From: Argiope bruennichi
Lineage: Eukaryota
Assembly: GCF_947563725.1 (NCBI RefSeq)
Contig: NC_079163.1
Location: 54,886,922-54,950,921 of the forward strand
DNA length: 64,000 nucleotides
Reading direction: 5' to 3'
Part shown: positions 1-12,686 of the stretch, piece by piece
Position numbering within the stretch: the stretch's first letter is position 1
How the letters are laid out: each line of letters opens with the position of its first letter
Notes under the pieces: generated by a model
The model's input: only the letters and a program-made list of their open reading frames with translations
What the model was told of the DNA's origin: nothing
Database searches by the model: none
Made by a program: the position numbers and the translations under genes

Positions 1-393
1 TCATTCTAAAATATTCTCTTATTTCCTGAACTCATTCCACTTTTTCTATTTAATTAATGCAACAAAAGCTCCGTGAAAATGATTTGGTCAGCGGTCCCCA
101 CTCTCCGAGTGAAGTGATAAAAATTGCTGATAAGATCCCTGTGTTTCCCTTGTCTAAATCGGCGCGTGTTGAGAAATCCCTATCAAAATTTCATGGTATA
201 TAAGACCAGGGATAATTAATTTCTTTCTCTTTTACTCTAATCTGCCCTTGTGTCGCGCTGTGAACGGACTTGCCTTGCCCGTGTTGCCTGTGCCTCCCGA
301 GATGGAGAGAATTAAACGAAGTAAAAATTCAAAGTGCCTTCTCTGACTTCAGCCACGACTCTACTTCAAAAATTATGCTCACACACACACATT

Positions 394-436
<43 letters not shown>

Positions 437-800
437 AATGATATTTCTAAATCTAATTTAAACCCTATTTAATTTCCTAACTTTTATCTTAATTTTGCCT
501 ATATTAGCTTCATTCTAAAAGGGCCCCTTATTTCCACTTTTTATTTAATTACTTTTAACACGCGCTCTAGAAAACTGTTGAATACAGTTGGTTCCCACAT
601 TCTGAGAGAAGCAATAGAAATCCCTATGCCTACCACATTCTTTTAAAGATACCTAAATTTCCCTTTCCTAAGACTACACATGTCAAAGAAATCCGTATCA
701 AAATCTCATAGTAAAAACCACTGAAAGGAAAAATTTCGGCCTCTTTTGTTTCTTCTGTTCTTGTGTCGCAATGTAAATGGACGTCATTTTTATCATCGCT
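1..800. repeat. Diverged tandem duplication of a unit of about 450 bp (unit A about 1-440, unit B about 505-800), separated by a compound microsatellite
   Basis: Positions 1-80 (tcattctaaaatattctcttatttcc...) resemble 509-575. Positions 170-275 (gagaaatccctatcaaaatttcatgg...tgtgtcgcgctgtgaacggac) resemble 617-790 (agaaatccctatgcc...aaatccgtatcaaaatctcatag...tgtgtcgcaatgtaaatggac). Confidence 0.45.
381..436. repeat. Compound microsatellite (AC)5 (TA)10 (GT)11
   Basis: Direct reading: acacacacac atttatatatatatatatatatat gtgtgtgtgtgtgtgtgtgtgt. Confidence 0.95.
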
Positions 801-960
801 TCTTGTACGTAATATGCCTCCCCCCCCCTCGTGATAAAATAAATCATATCTAAAATTTCAAAAGTTTCTTCTATTCGTCCACGCAAATGCTAAAATGTTT
901 ACATACATATATTCTGAGGAAATAACAGAAAATTCTTTCAAGTTTGCCCGAAATAAATCG

Positions 961-983
961 ATTATTATTATTATTATTATTTA
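961..983. repeat. (ATT)n microsatellite just upstream of the FS-exon acceptor
   Basis: attattattattattattattatt read directly. Confidence 0.95.
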
Positions 984-1022
984 GCTTTTTAATATTAATG
1001 CTTTTTTTTTTGTACATTTCAG

Positions 1023-1249
1023 AGCCTTGTGAGAAGAAGCACTGCAAATTTAATGGTGATTGTTTTGAAGAAAATCGCCGAGCAGTATGCCGATGTCCAA
1101 CAAATTGTAAAGAGCATTACAACCCTGTATGTGGAAGTGATGGCATGAATTACAACACTGAATGTCAGATGCGAGTCGACTCTTGTCGTAAAAAGAAGAA
1201 TATATATGTGAAGCATGAAGGACTGTGCTCGCGTACAGAATTTTCTTAA
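1023..1249 (+). CDS. Terminal coding exon encoding a follistatin-like (FOLN + Kazal) cysteine module; stop TAA at 1247-1249
   Basis: An acceptor ...ttttttttttgtacatttcAG ends at 1022, preceded by a T-rich tract and an (ATT)n run. The translation is PCEKKHCKFNGDCFEENRRAVCRCPTNCKEHYNPVCGSDGMNYNTECQMRVDSCRKKKNIYVKHEGLCSRTEFS*. It has the FS-domain cysteine pattern (C-x3-C-x5-C-x7-C-x-C, then C-x7-VCGSDG-x-Y-x3-C-x6-C...G-x-C), as in follistatin, agrin and SPARC. The exon phase needs one base from an upstream exon outside the window. Confidence 0.75.
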
Positions 1250-1360
1250 TCTTCATATTTGTATGTGAGAGTTCATGTCTTTATACAATCATTGCATGTT
1301 GAGAATTTAACTATTTAATATATTCAATTTACGATGAATTTTACAGTCTTGAAGCGTTTA

Positions 1361-1366
1361 AATAAA
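1361..1366 (+). promoter_or_regulatory. AATAAA polyadenylation signal about 110 nt downstream of the FS-exon stop codon
   Basis: Canonical hexamer at 1361-1366, followed by T-rich sequence. The position is plausible for a short 3' UTR. AATAAA is frequent by chance in AT-rich DNA. Confidence 0.3.
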
Positions 1367-1491
1367 ATACTACTACTTTTTAAAAAAGATTCTGGAACTT
1401 ATTTTATTATAGAAGAAAATTGCAGTTTGAAAACTAATTTATTTGGTATTTCCTACGAAGTAATAACCAGGTGAAGCTATACAAATTTGCC

Positions 1492-1829
1492 ATCATTCAG
1501 ACAAAAATGTAAACGCTGATTGCAAGTTTTCATTTACCACCTCCTCCAAGGTCTTCGTCGTTACACTTCTTCAGGACTTGAGAATCGTAGTTCCTTAAGC
1601 AAATTCTCCATCTAATTTATATGGCAGTGGCATAGTGACTTGGGGGTAAGGGGTATCACCATCATTCAGACAAAAATGTAAACGCTGATTGCAAGTTTTC
1701 ATTTACCACCTCCTCCAAGGTCTTCGTCGTTACACTTCTTCAGGACTTGAGAATCGTAGTTCCTTAAGCAAATTCTCCATCTAATTTATATGGCAGTGGC
1801 ATAGTGACTTGGGGGTAAGGGGTATCACC
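1492..1829. repeat. Perfect tandem duplication of a 169-bp unit (1492-1660 and 1661-1829)
   Basis: Both copies read identically, from atcattcagacaaaaatgtaaacgctgattgcaag to gcatagtgacttgggggtaaggggtatcacc. The unit's 3' end (TGGCAGTGGCATAGTGACTTGGGGGTAAGG) has a tRNA A-box-like motif. Confidence 0.9.
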
Positions 1830-1845
1830 CTGGGGACAAGACATT

Positions 1846-2378
1846 AGTGCGCTTATGACAGTTTTAAAGTTAAATATCCCGATAGAGAGGATAAAAATTG
1901 TTTACTCTTTCTAACTTGTAACACGAGAAAGAAGGGGACGAAACATTCCTATTGCGCTCCGGGTGCCAGTTACGCTCGCTCTGGGTAATAGTCTGAATGT
2001 GCCATTCCTGGAATGTGTTGCTTTGAAAAGTATTTTGACATCAGGACAGACTTATGTGTTGGTGTATCATTGTGATGGAGCAAGTATGACTTGGCCTTTC
2101 GCATATTTGCCGAACTACTGTCTCACTGAATTTGCAAAGTTTTATATAAAAAGTTCTCCTACTTTGACAATAGTTTTTCGACTGCCATTTTGCGCAATAT
2201 TTTCGACAATGATAACTTTTTTTACTCTCTTCGAAACTGACAGCTACCTTCAACCTTCCATAATCTCGTTACTCTCGATCCTTTTTGAGCCGTCGATACT
2301 TTGCAAACTCTACTTTGACTCATTGCTATTTCAACGGGAATTTGCGATCATTTGAAAAAAAAAAAAAAAAAAAAAAAA
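1846..2378 (+). mobile_element. Poly(A)-tailed retroposed segment (A24 at 2355-2378), unclassified; possibly one composite element with the 169-bp duplicated units upstream
   Basis: Relatively GC-richer non-coding sequence ends in a pure A24 run. The ORF 1963-2355 has no recognisable protein features. Confidence 0.3.
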
Positions 2379-5300
2379 CTCAGCAAAAGTAAACATAATT
2401 TGACAATTTACCGCTTTTTAAAATTTGGCATCTTTAGCTATATCCTTGCGCTGTATGTATATGAACTGGATGGAATCAGCTCTGATTAGACAGTCACGTG
2501 ATTCAATTGGCTTGTTCAGTTGGAAATGGTATAAATCATGAAATGGCGCATTGAATGGTATTTGGTTTGAAAAATATTTTTAAAGTTACGGAATCTTTTA
2601 CATTTAGTAGTAAATTAAAAGAGATTAAGCAATGAATCATATTAAGATTTCTGTAACAGTAACTCTTGAACTCATTGTTATTCTTTGATTAATAAGCATA
2701 TCTTCTATTATTTAATTTTCAACCGATTATAATCCTTATAAAAGCATGAAATTTCTCTTTTAATCCAATCTAGGGAATTTCGCTGGGTCTTCCTTAGACA
2801 TATATTTTACGATTTCAGAATGTTCTAACACTTTCCATTGTAGTATTCATAGTACAGAAGGTACAAAATTTCTGTACTTTCTTAATCGGGTTTAAACTCT
2901 TCAGGAGCAGTAATACATATTATTATCACATGTGCTTCAGCCTTTATTTATTTAATTTTGAATATTTTAATGTTAATCAATGAAATGATTTACTTAATAT
3001 TTGCACAGAAGTTGAAAATATTTTTTATTAACAAAATTGTAATTAAATGGACTTAATTTTGAAATAAATACTTTTAATTAAAAAGTTAAGTTTAGAAATA
3101 ATTTTAAATATTTTTTGAGTGTTCCTTACGCTTATTTATGTAGAATTCGAGGAATATAAAAAGAAAATGGCAGTGTTGTGATATTTTCTGTCTTTCGACA
3201 ATCTTAATGACTTGATAGAAAGCCGTTTTATTTTCAATCGGATATTTTAGGCAAATCTGCCTTAAGACATGGAGAACTTGAAATAAAATTTTAAATAAAG
3301 CTTACAAGGAACTTTTATAGTTGATCGAACTCCGATTAGGCTAGCGAGACTCTGTCATATTCTGAAACTGAGGTTAATAAAAAATATTTAAAACAGCGAG
3401 ATTTGAAAATTTTATAAATTCTAAGTCATTGAAAAATTTGATTTCCTAAATACGATTCCATGCCTTAGTAAAACCATTTCTTTGAGATAAATGATTGCTG
3501 TGATATAACCAAAATTCTGTGGTAGTCATTCTTTTAGATTAATATATCATTTTATACAAAATATTAATATGTGAATATCTAAGGACTAAAGGCAGCTATG
3601 TATTAATTTAGGAAACTAATAATAAAGAGAAGGCAGGAACAAACTATACAAGACAATGATGCATGTACGCTTCATTTACAATTTTGAAATTTTAAAATTA
3701 ATCTCGAATAATTTAAAAATTAATTATTAAACTATCGAAACAGGATGGCTTTTGAATAAAAAAAAATGTTAACAAGCAATTACAAATGCTTAATCAATTT
3801 TAATTAGGAAATTAAATTTTAAATTTTTAATAATATTTGTATTAGTATGCACAAATATTTTTTAAAAATAAAAAAAAAATTGCACAGTGTAGAGTTAAAT
3901 CAGGTAATTTACTAAAACATAATGATATCACTACATTTATCATAGTATAAGTTTACAGTTTTAGTTTTATTATACATTAAAATTATTAACAGAAAATTTA
4001 TTAATAGAAATATTTTTAATTTTTTTTTTTAAATAAACGCTAATTATCGAATTTTTTTACTAGACTATGTGTTTGTTCTGTTTAGTCATCGAAAAAAAAA
4101 TTAAAGAGTAATTTTTTATTAAAATGTGCATTTCACAGTTATTGAGGTAATACTCTAAGTATTCTGTCAATCACATTCTCTATTAATTTGTTGATTTTTA
4201 CCAGGTTTTTCTTAGGTAATGGGTTTTTTTATTTTTAAAGATTTGAAAATAAGAACATTAATAATTTGATTTCGATTAATTCTGTATAAATTTTCGTAAA
4301 TTTTAGCAAAAAAAAAAAAGTTTGAAGGATAAAAGATGTATTCTATTATAATACAGAATAAAGATGATGATAGCATAAAAAAATCAGCATTTTAAAAGAG
4401 AAAAAAATTGTTGCCACTTGTTACATGACTATTAACAAATGAATATTTGGCTGAATTAATGCTTGTTAATTAAATATTAGAATGCTTATAAACAAGCTCT
4501 TCTTATTTATCTTGTATCCAGTAAATTAAAAGTAATTAAATAAATCTTTTAATCATTTTTAGCAAGAAAATGATGATTTGTAAAAAATTATAAATTGAGA
4601 TTTACTGTAATTCATTGTGAAAACAGCAAAAAAATCCTTTTAGTGCATTTTATAATTGTATTTTTAAAATTTTTATTAGTTTTTTAATACCAATGGAATA
4701 ACAAAAATAAAGGAAATAAAATCTTCAATCATTGCTAATATTTTTGTTAAAATAAATGAGTAATAATGAGACTTCATTGCTTGCTTAAAAACATCTATGC
4801 GATTTATGAATAAAATTTGTTGAATTTCAATTTATTCTTGTATAAATGTAAAAATACTTATGCATACTTCTTTAATACATTATTTTATACGTTATTTTTC
4901 ACATTTTTCAGATCTGAAAAACAGAGCTTTATTCTGGTATAATTATAGCAAATGTTCATATAATCACAAATTTCTATTGAAGTAATTTAAGATATTACCT
5001 AATCTAATCAGAGAAGAATATTAGTTGTTAATTTAAATATGTTATGTAATAAAATGATACATGATGATACTGCAGAATTGAAATAATCTCCAAAACATCA
5101 TTGCATTAATATAAAAATCTTTATAAAATAAAATAAAATTTGTTTTTGTAATTATTTTTTTCAGACATTAAGCGACAATGTAAGTATAAACGCTTACTCC
5201 AATTAAGAAAGAATTTTTAAAAATAGCCCAAATAAAATTTAAAAACCAAAATCAATTTAAAAAAAAAATTGGGATGGAAAATTGAAAGTATTTCGAAAAA

Positions 5301-5586
5301 TAAAAATTAAAAAAAATATCAGAATTTGATAAACATTTCAACATTTTACACTTCCTTTTGAGAAAGTAAGAGGCTTCGCAAGTCAGAGAAACATGGAAGA
5401 GAAGGGAGTTTTCTGAATTATTATGTAAATTAAATATATTACACTCATATTTATAGCAAAAATTTTAACAGGACTTAATATAATCAGGATTGCTTTCTTG
5501 AATAATGAGCAACTTTTGATTATAAAGAGGATTTTTCTGAATTTGAAGGTGGCATAAAATCATTATTGTGTATATATATATATATG

Positions 5587-6118
5587 TAAGCATTATTTTA
5601 TGTGAAGCAGAAAATGGAGTTTCGAAGACAGTGAAAAGACTTTTTACATTTTTAATTCTTTTTAATCCATTTGGAAAGCATAATTATTTACAAGAAGGCA
5701 CGGACATTGCGCGTCCGCCACAGTGCGGCACAAAATGACGAAGTGGGGAAGAAGGGAGAAATAAATTATCCCTCGTTTTATATAACATGAGATATGGATA
5801 GGGAAAATATTATTTTACAGTGCTAATATATTATTAAGATTCTGATAGGGATTTCTAACGCATGTCAATCACATGTAAAGGAAACACAGGGATCTTTTAA
5901 AAAGAATGTGCTTACTGGACATTTTTTACCCCTTCGCGCCGAGCGTGTGAAAGTTCGGCTTTTAGCCGATTCAGCCATTTTATAAAGCTTCTCTTGAATT
6001 AATTAAGTAGAGAAAGTGGAATTGGATCACGAAATAAGAGAATATTTTAGAATGAAGTTATTATGGGCTAAATTAAGATAAAACCTTGGAAATTAATTAA
6101 ATTGAAATTAAGAGTTTA
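5587..6118 (+). repeat. Interspersed repeat family D, copy 1 (about 530 bp)
   Basis: About 75-80% identical to 24089-24616 in the same orientation. Shared blocks include aagcattattttatgtgaagcag...tttcgaagacagtgaa, gggaaaatatt...agtgctaatatat, cttttagccgattcag and ggaattggatcacgaaataagagaatattttagaatgaagtta. It is flanked by (TA)n on the left and (AC)n(AT)n on the right. Confidence 0.8.
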
Positions 6119-6125
6119 AAATATC

Positions 6126-6128
<3 letters not shown>

Positions 6129-6206
<78 letters not shown>
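6129..6206. repeat. (AC)31 (AT)8 compound microsatellite
   Basis: Direct reading. Confidence 0.95.
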
Positions 6207-6207
<1 letters not shown>

Positions 6208-7268
6208 ATTAGACGAAATCACAAAATTGAATCGATAGAAAATTATAGAAAATATTTCATTACCAATTAACATACGTATACTTTAAAAATACTTTACAAC
6301 TTTTACTAAATCAAAATTTTGAAATTCAAGTGATTTTTTAAGTTTTCTATATTTTAATAAGATGGAATGAACAGTTGTTCTTATTAACATTCCTGTTTCG
6401 ATATTCTGAATGTCGAAAATAAGATACAATACGATATCAGTACAATATTGCAAAGATATTATAACAACATTGTAGGACATTATGTGCCATAAGAGGTAAT
6501 TCAAACTTGGACAATAGCAATAACTTAAAACGGATGCCAATTAATACGTGTGTCAGTTTTCGCTCAAAAAATAAGTCCTGTTACGAAAAAGAGTACCTTG
6601 CTTCAAATCCAGTTTCACACTTTAAAACCGAAATTTAGGAGGTAATAAATAGAGAGTTTCGTGACAGAATGAAATCATTAGTTCAAAAACTTGTTAAAGT
6701 TGAAAAGTAACGATTTTAGCTCAAATTTTTCCAATCGAAATCGATATTTCTTTTTCGCTCGCCTATCATTTGAAATCGAATTAATAACATTTCTGAAATA
6801 CCATAACAAAATGTAACAAGTCTGCTTTTTTAGCTTATAAAAAATAAATTTAGTGCCTGGTTAAAAGAACTGAGTAGGGCGATTGAATGGTTTTAAGGAG
6901 ACTAATTTCTCTCATAAAAAGCTTAGCTTTGTTTTCCTCATTTTTTTAGTATCGATTTTTATTTAAATTTTAAATACTGTAATTATTTCCCTCTTCATTG
7001 CTAATCATTTAGAACTTTTGTTATTGCATATTTTAATGCATCTTCCCCTGGGATTATCTTTACATTCTTTCATCTTGATTTTCTGTTATTATTATTACTC
7101 AGCATAGTTAACTCTGCACGCCACTGCTCAGATTTAACTAATTCCTCAATCCAAATTTTAAGTTAATATTATGTAATGCGCACTTTTCAATGCATGTTTA
7201 ATAAGCTAGTAGCTCATTTTCAAAGAATTTTATTCTTTAAAAGCTCATTTATTAATGAGAATATTAAC

Positions 7269-7288
7269 TACTCTCTCTCTCTCTCTCT

Positions 7289-7321
<33 letters not shown>
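7269..7321. repeat. (CT)11 followed by T31 homopolymer
   Basis: Direct reading: ctctctctctctctctctctcc then 31 T. Confidence 0.95.
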
Positions 7322-7325
<4 letters not shown>

Positions 7326-8129
7326 CATTTAAGAGAAGTTAAATTTTTTTATGTGATGTCTGACACAATCCGTGAGAAGTCACAAAGACATTTTTATCTT
7401 CCATTTCTAAGTGAGAAAGATTGGATTTTTTTAGTATAAAGAAACCTTATTTGTAAATAAAGCATTTAAATTAATTTCAGTATCCATCATCGCAATTTTT
7501 CTACATGATTTTTAATTTAGTTTTCTCTTTATTGATATAAAATTTTATGAGGGTCAGTTAGTATCAAGAAATGATAGAAAATTTAATATGTGTGGGTATA
7601 TAATAAAGCAAATGTATGCATAGTCTTCCACTGAAATAATTGGCATTTTAGTTAAATGTCTGCAAACGTCTAAATGATTTTTAAAGGAAGAATAAAGTTA
7701 ATTAATTAACTGCTTAACTTATAACTTCTTCAAATAATAATTATATTTCTTCAAATAATTCTTTATAATTTCTTCAAAAAAAATGAAAAGCTCTTGTATA
7801 AAGGTAGATGCATCAAATTTGATATATTTGAAGCGTGTAATTAGTTTTGAATCCTTATGAATGAAAAATATTTTCCACAGTTTAAATGACCCCTCTTTTA
7901 TATATGAAAAATAGGTTTATAAATTTGTTTCATTTTATAGAAAAGTCATACAAATATTTGAACCAATTTACATTTAATTCTATAATTTTTAAGAGAATAT
8001 AAGTTTTAATCTAGATTATTAAAGCAAAACATTTAATAAAAATATAACTAAACTAGGTAAGATTACTTTAGTTTATACTTAAATATTAATTTTTCATATT
8101 TCTAAATGAACTATTAATTTTAAAACAAT

Positions 8130-8300
8130 TTATGTTAATTCATGTTAACAATTTATGTTAATTTTAAAACAATTTATGTTAATTTTAAAACAATTTATGT
8201 TAATTTTATAACAATTTATGTTCATTCATCTTAACAGTTCATGTTTAATTTATGTTAACATCTTATGTTAAATTCATGTTCACAATTAATGTTACTTTTA
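8130..8300. repeat. Minisatellite of about seven copies of a roughly 22-bp unit (ttaattttaaaacaatttatg and variants)
   Basis: Repeated aacaatttatgttaattttaaaac units read directly, with degenerate flanking copies (catgttaacatcttatgtta...). Confidence 0.85.
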
Positions 8301-11300
8301 AAACAATTTAGATTACATTTATTTTCAGTAAATTTAACCATTAAAAGAAACCTATTAATGTGAATTGATTATAAAAATACTTTCTTTTATTATTTTATCA
8401 TTATTTTCAAAACAGCAAACAAATATAAAATAAGTTTACTTATTTAAATAAAATTCGGTTAGTTACTATCCCATATAGAATTAAAGGAACTCATTATGAA
8501 TTAAATAAACTGCAAACAATAAAAATACATGCTGATTTTTATCCTGGATATAAGTCCATGAAATACGTTATTTCTATGCGACCACAGCCCAAATTACCAT
8601 CGATCGAGAATTGAGGCTATCGAAGTAAAACTAATGATTAATTGTTCCAAAAGTATGGTTAAATTGACTTTAAAAATATGACGTCTCCCTCTTTTCGCAT
8701 GAGTAGATACCTTCACTAGCAACTGATCCCAGCTAAATTTCAAAGTATCATGCCGTGTTAAATTTCCTATTCGATTTTACAGAAACTAAATACATTAAGT
8801 CTAGGTGATTACGTTTCGTGATGATATAAAATTTTAAGGTGCTTTTTTTCTTTGGAGATGATAATTAAAGAATAATTGATTTCTGTAGAACAAATTTTAA
8901 AGAGTCTATTTAAAGCTAAATAATTATAGAAATTTAAACTTAATAGATTAAAACACAATATATAGCGGAACATGTCTTATTCGAAGTTGACCGAATCACA
9001 ATAAAAGTTGGATGTACTTAAAAATTCAAATGAAGAAAAATTAAATCTAAAAACAGATATTGATAAATGAAAACGACAATTTTTAAACTCAAAATGGCAA
9101 TAAAATTTTAATTTGTGCCAAGTTTAATAATAATGAATAATTCATAATGGATTATAAATAACGAATAATCTAGATAAATAAAACAGAAGTAATCAATGGC
9201 TCATCTGTTGTGTTGCCTGATTGTAATCCATAATAAAACCACAAATGATTTAGTTGCAGGTATTTGTGGATTTTTAAGCCGGTTCCACCACATATTTATA
9301 TTTCACCGTCTTACGAGAGTTTATGTTTGCTGAAAGTTGTTTCATATTAAAGGGATAACAAAATGGAAATGACTCCAGGAGTTACCTCTACTTTTCAATT
9401 AATTAACGAGTTAAGGAACCCTATTTCCCGAGAAATGCGAAAATTAATAAATGGAGTTCTTTCATGCATGAAAACAACAAGCCTTGTTTATTATAAGCCA
9501 GTACATGTAACCGAAAACTTTCTCAGAATGGAGCGATATCTTTTTTGCAGCAAATTCTTCAATTTTAATTAACAAAATTTATACAGCGCTTTGAATGCAA
9601 TAATAATTAAAACAATAATGTATCTTTCAAAATAAAAAAAAAATTCACCTACAGGCGCTCAATTTTTTTTAAAGAAGTATGAAAATTCCTTGAATAAATA
9701 GATCGTACTTCTGTGAAATCGTCGAGGAAATTAACAGACTTGAAAAAAACTATTCGCTTGCGGATGCAAAATACGAAGGAATTTAATCAATGAAAACAAC
9801 TCAGAAATAATCCAGTTTTTTACAACTTTTGCTTTTGACTTAAAACTAATCTAAATAAATTCTAATTTCAGAAGAATTTTTATTGTAAACAAGAAATTCA
9901 AGGAACCAGAGATAAAATTCGAAGAAAAAAGTTCGACTTATTCAAATTCCTTTGTACATGAAAATGCAGAAAACCACGTCTTAAGTTCGAAATGCGAATG
10001 AATTTCTGTGCATTTTAAACATAGCACGAATAAAAATACGCCTGGTAATAAATGTTCTAAGTTATTTCTGGAATTCGACTTTAAAAATCGTCTGCAAAAA
10101 ACAGATGTTAATATGTTATTTCTATATATTGTACTACTCGTGTCATAATTTTTTTTTACCTGCAATGCAGAATGTGTTTACGGATTTTGCAAACGATTTC
10201 AGAATCTAAAAAAATTTATTCTCAGCAGAATCATGGTTGGTAACACCGAAAGTATGTTTGAAATGGGAAATTATTGCTATGAATAGCTTTAGCCCTTTTT
10301 ATGGCGTGATATCATAACTGGAAAATCTTATCAAAAATTCAGTTTTTTTTTTGTGTGTGTTTTGAAATATAAAATGAGGGATTTTATTTACTAAAAAAAG
10401 CGGCAAGCGTTGATTTAAACAAATTAAAAGCATAAATTGATATCTAAAAAAGGTTCTTAATCACCTAGCTCTACAGAAGTCGCATCGATTTTTTAATAAA
10501 AAACCTAAGCTATGAACAGCTCCTGAATTTTTTTTTATTACGGCTCATAAACTATAAATACAATAATTAAAAAAAATTCAATGAAATGAAAGCAAAAATA
10601 TATTTCTTGCTGTCTTTTACATGGACATGTAACCGAACAAAGAAATGAAGACTAAATTATTATAAAAAAAAACTTTTTAGAAAGATTGAAGCGAAAAATA
10701 TATTACCATTATTACTAGACAGTACTATAGTTCAATTACCGTAATAAAAAAAAAAGAGATTTATTTGCGAATCATATTTACGAAAGTCAGAAATTTGATT
10801 TAAAGTATGCAAGGGAAGTTTAAAAAAAGATTTATGGACAAAAAGTATATTAAAAAAGAATTTATGGACAAAAAATTATGGACTAAGAAAAGATTTATTA
10901 GTATGCATTTCATGGAATATTTAAGTCAAGAAATGCTGCAAAAATGCAAAATTGAACTCTAACTATTACTAAAAAAATTTAGACGATAATTTTTAAAGAA
11001 GCATTCCAAAATTTTATTGAATGAATGAACGGAGAATTTAAACGGGAGTAAGAATTCCAGACGCTCATAGAATGAAATAGAACCAACACAACCATCGCAT
11101 GCATCATGCCATGTTAAATTTCCTACTCTATTTTGATATATCGAGGAGACCACGCAAGAAGAACCTGTTATCCTATACTTAACATTTAACAGCAAACCTG
11201 CAAGTGTCCAGTTGTTGTTTCAAGGGATATATATGCTTTTTAAATTTAATCTTTTTTTGTTTTGTTTTTTAATTTAACTGATTTTAATGATTACACTTTG

Positions 11301-11600
11301 TTTATTTCCTATCAAGCTTTTGAAAAAATATTTTGAAGCAGGAATCTCAATATCTTTAGTAAACGACAATGGGTAAATGGAGTAAAATCCCGTTTAAACT
11401 TCCGCAAAAAAAAACTCCTATTAAAGTAGAAATCAAGATATAATTCCAAGAACAGTATTTAACTACATTAACATATAAGGTTTCCTGAAATATTTTTTGT
11501 TTGCCTCTTAAATATAATCTGCTGTTTTTTTTAATTTGTTGTTGTTTCTTTTTCATTTGTTCTTGACAAGCTCGCTGACGAAATCGGCCATTTTAAGCCG

Positions 11601-11815
11601 AGGGTGCATCTCTTGTTTTTTAGTAGCGCCAACTTGGGCCAAGAGTACGTCTTAGCTACTCACGCATCACATTCACTTGCAGAACCCCTTTTTACAGGGG
11701 GGCACATTCACACATCTCATAGATAGAACAGATGAAGAACAACCATGCTCGAACCCAGGCCGCACAGATCAAGGAGAAGATGCGTTACCCCTATGCCAGG
11801 ACGCCATATTATTCT
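11601..11815 (-). mobile_element. SINE-B family copy (tRNA-derived head, internally deleted relative to the 59051-59374 copy)
   Basis: On the minus strand the head reads GGCGTCCTGGCATAGGGGTAACGCATCTTCTCCTTGATCTGTGCGGCCTGGGTTCGAGCATGG, with a B-box-like GGGTTCGAGC. The tail (...gtgatgcgtgagtagctaagacgtactcttggcccaagttggcgctac) is homologous to the tail of the 59051 copy. Confidence 0.65.
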
Positions 11816-12655
11816 ATCACAGCAACCCTACGATAATATAACTTCAAATTCCAGGAATACAACATGGAATATTATATTACCAAGTCTATAGATAGCTACA
11901 GATGTAGGAGAGGTCTGTGTCGATATTTGTTAGCGCTTTCTGGACAAAATTCCATGAATTCTTGATATAACTGCTATAATAATATAGATCTTGAAATGTA
12001 TTTAATTTTGGTCAATCATCGTTGGTTTTTCTTTTTCTTTATTCCCCGAAAAAATAATAATTTTAAACATTGATAATTACCTGCGATTGTTGTTTACTAC
12101 AGTGTTGTTAACCTTTTACATATTTTAATGCGAGATATCGGAAATATGTTCAATTTCTGGATCAATCAATTGATTTTAATGTTTTAGCAATGAAGCATCC
12201 ATCCACATTCCGTTTTATGTTTATACTGCAGAGGCGAATGAAACTGTTTTATTTATATTTTTTATAAATACGTCAGTAAATGAATAATCAGTAAATAAAT
12301 TTAAATTGGGAAAATAAAGAAAGTTGAAAAGAAGGCGACTTTGAACAATTTGCAATAAGAATGCATGATTGCATCTTTTAGCTATTGTGTCATCTTTTAT
12401 ATAAATGCTCCAATATTGTTTAAAAAACTTGACAAAATGTACGGTGGCGTATTTCCATTGGCTATTATGAATTTTCCTTCAGAATTAACATTCGATTCTA
12501 AAAGAAAAGATTTATCTTAGAAACTAAATACTAAGTTTACATTGTCTTTTCTGTTAGGTTTCTTTTATGTTCCGTTGGTTTTCTGTTTTCTGTGTTCTTC
12601 TCTCTTCGTTTTGGTAGTGTGAGAACACGTAGTTCTCTTTTTCTCTTTTCCGCCA

Positions 12656-12680
<25 letters not shown>
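12656..12680 (-). repeat. T25 homopolymer (A25 on the minus strand), possibly the tail of a minus-oriented retro-insertion
   Basis: Direct reading. The ORF 12565-12789 that spans it is a lysine-rich artefact of the poly-A. Confidence 0.5.

Positions 12681-12686
<6 letters not shown>

Noticed and set aside
1963-2355. 130-aa ORF on the + strand preceding A24
   Set aside because: It lies inside a poly(A)-tailed retroposed block, has hydrophobic low-complexity composition and carries no recognisable domain. It is treated as non-coding repeat sequence.
8130-8300. Regularly spaced short direct repeats (also 18139-18236, 22879-23066, 34430-34735, 49441-49620) as CRISPR-like arrays
   Set aside because: The sequence is eukaryotic. 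The units are contiguous with no unique spacers, and there are no cas-like ORFs. These are ordinary minisatellites.
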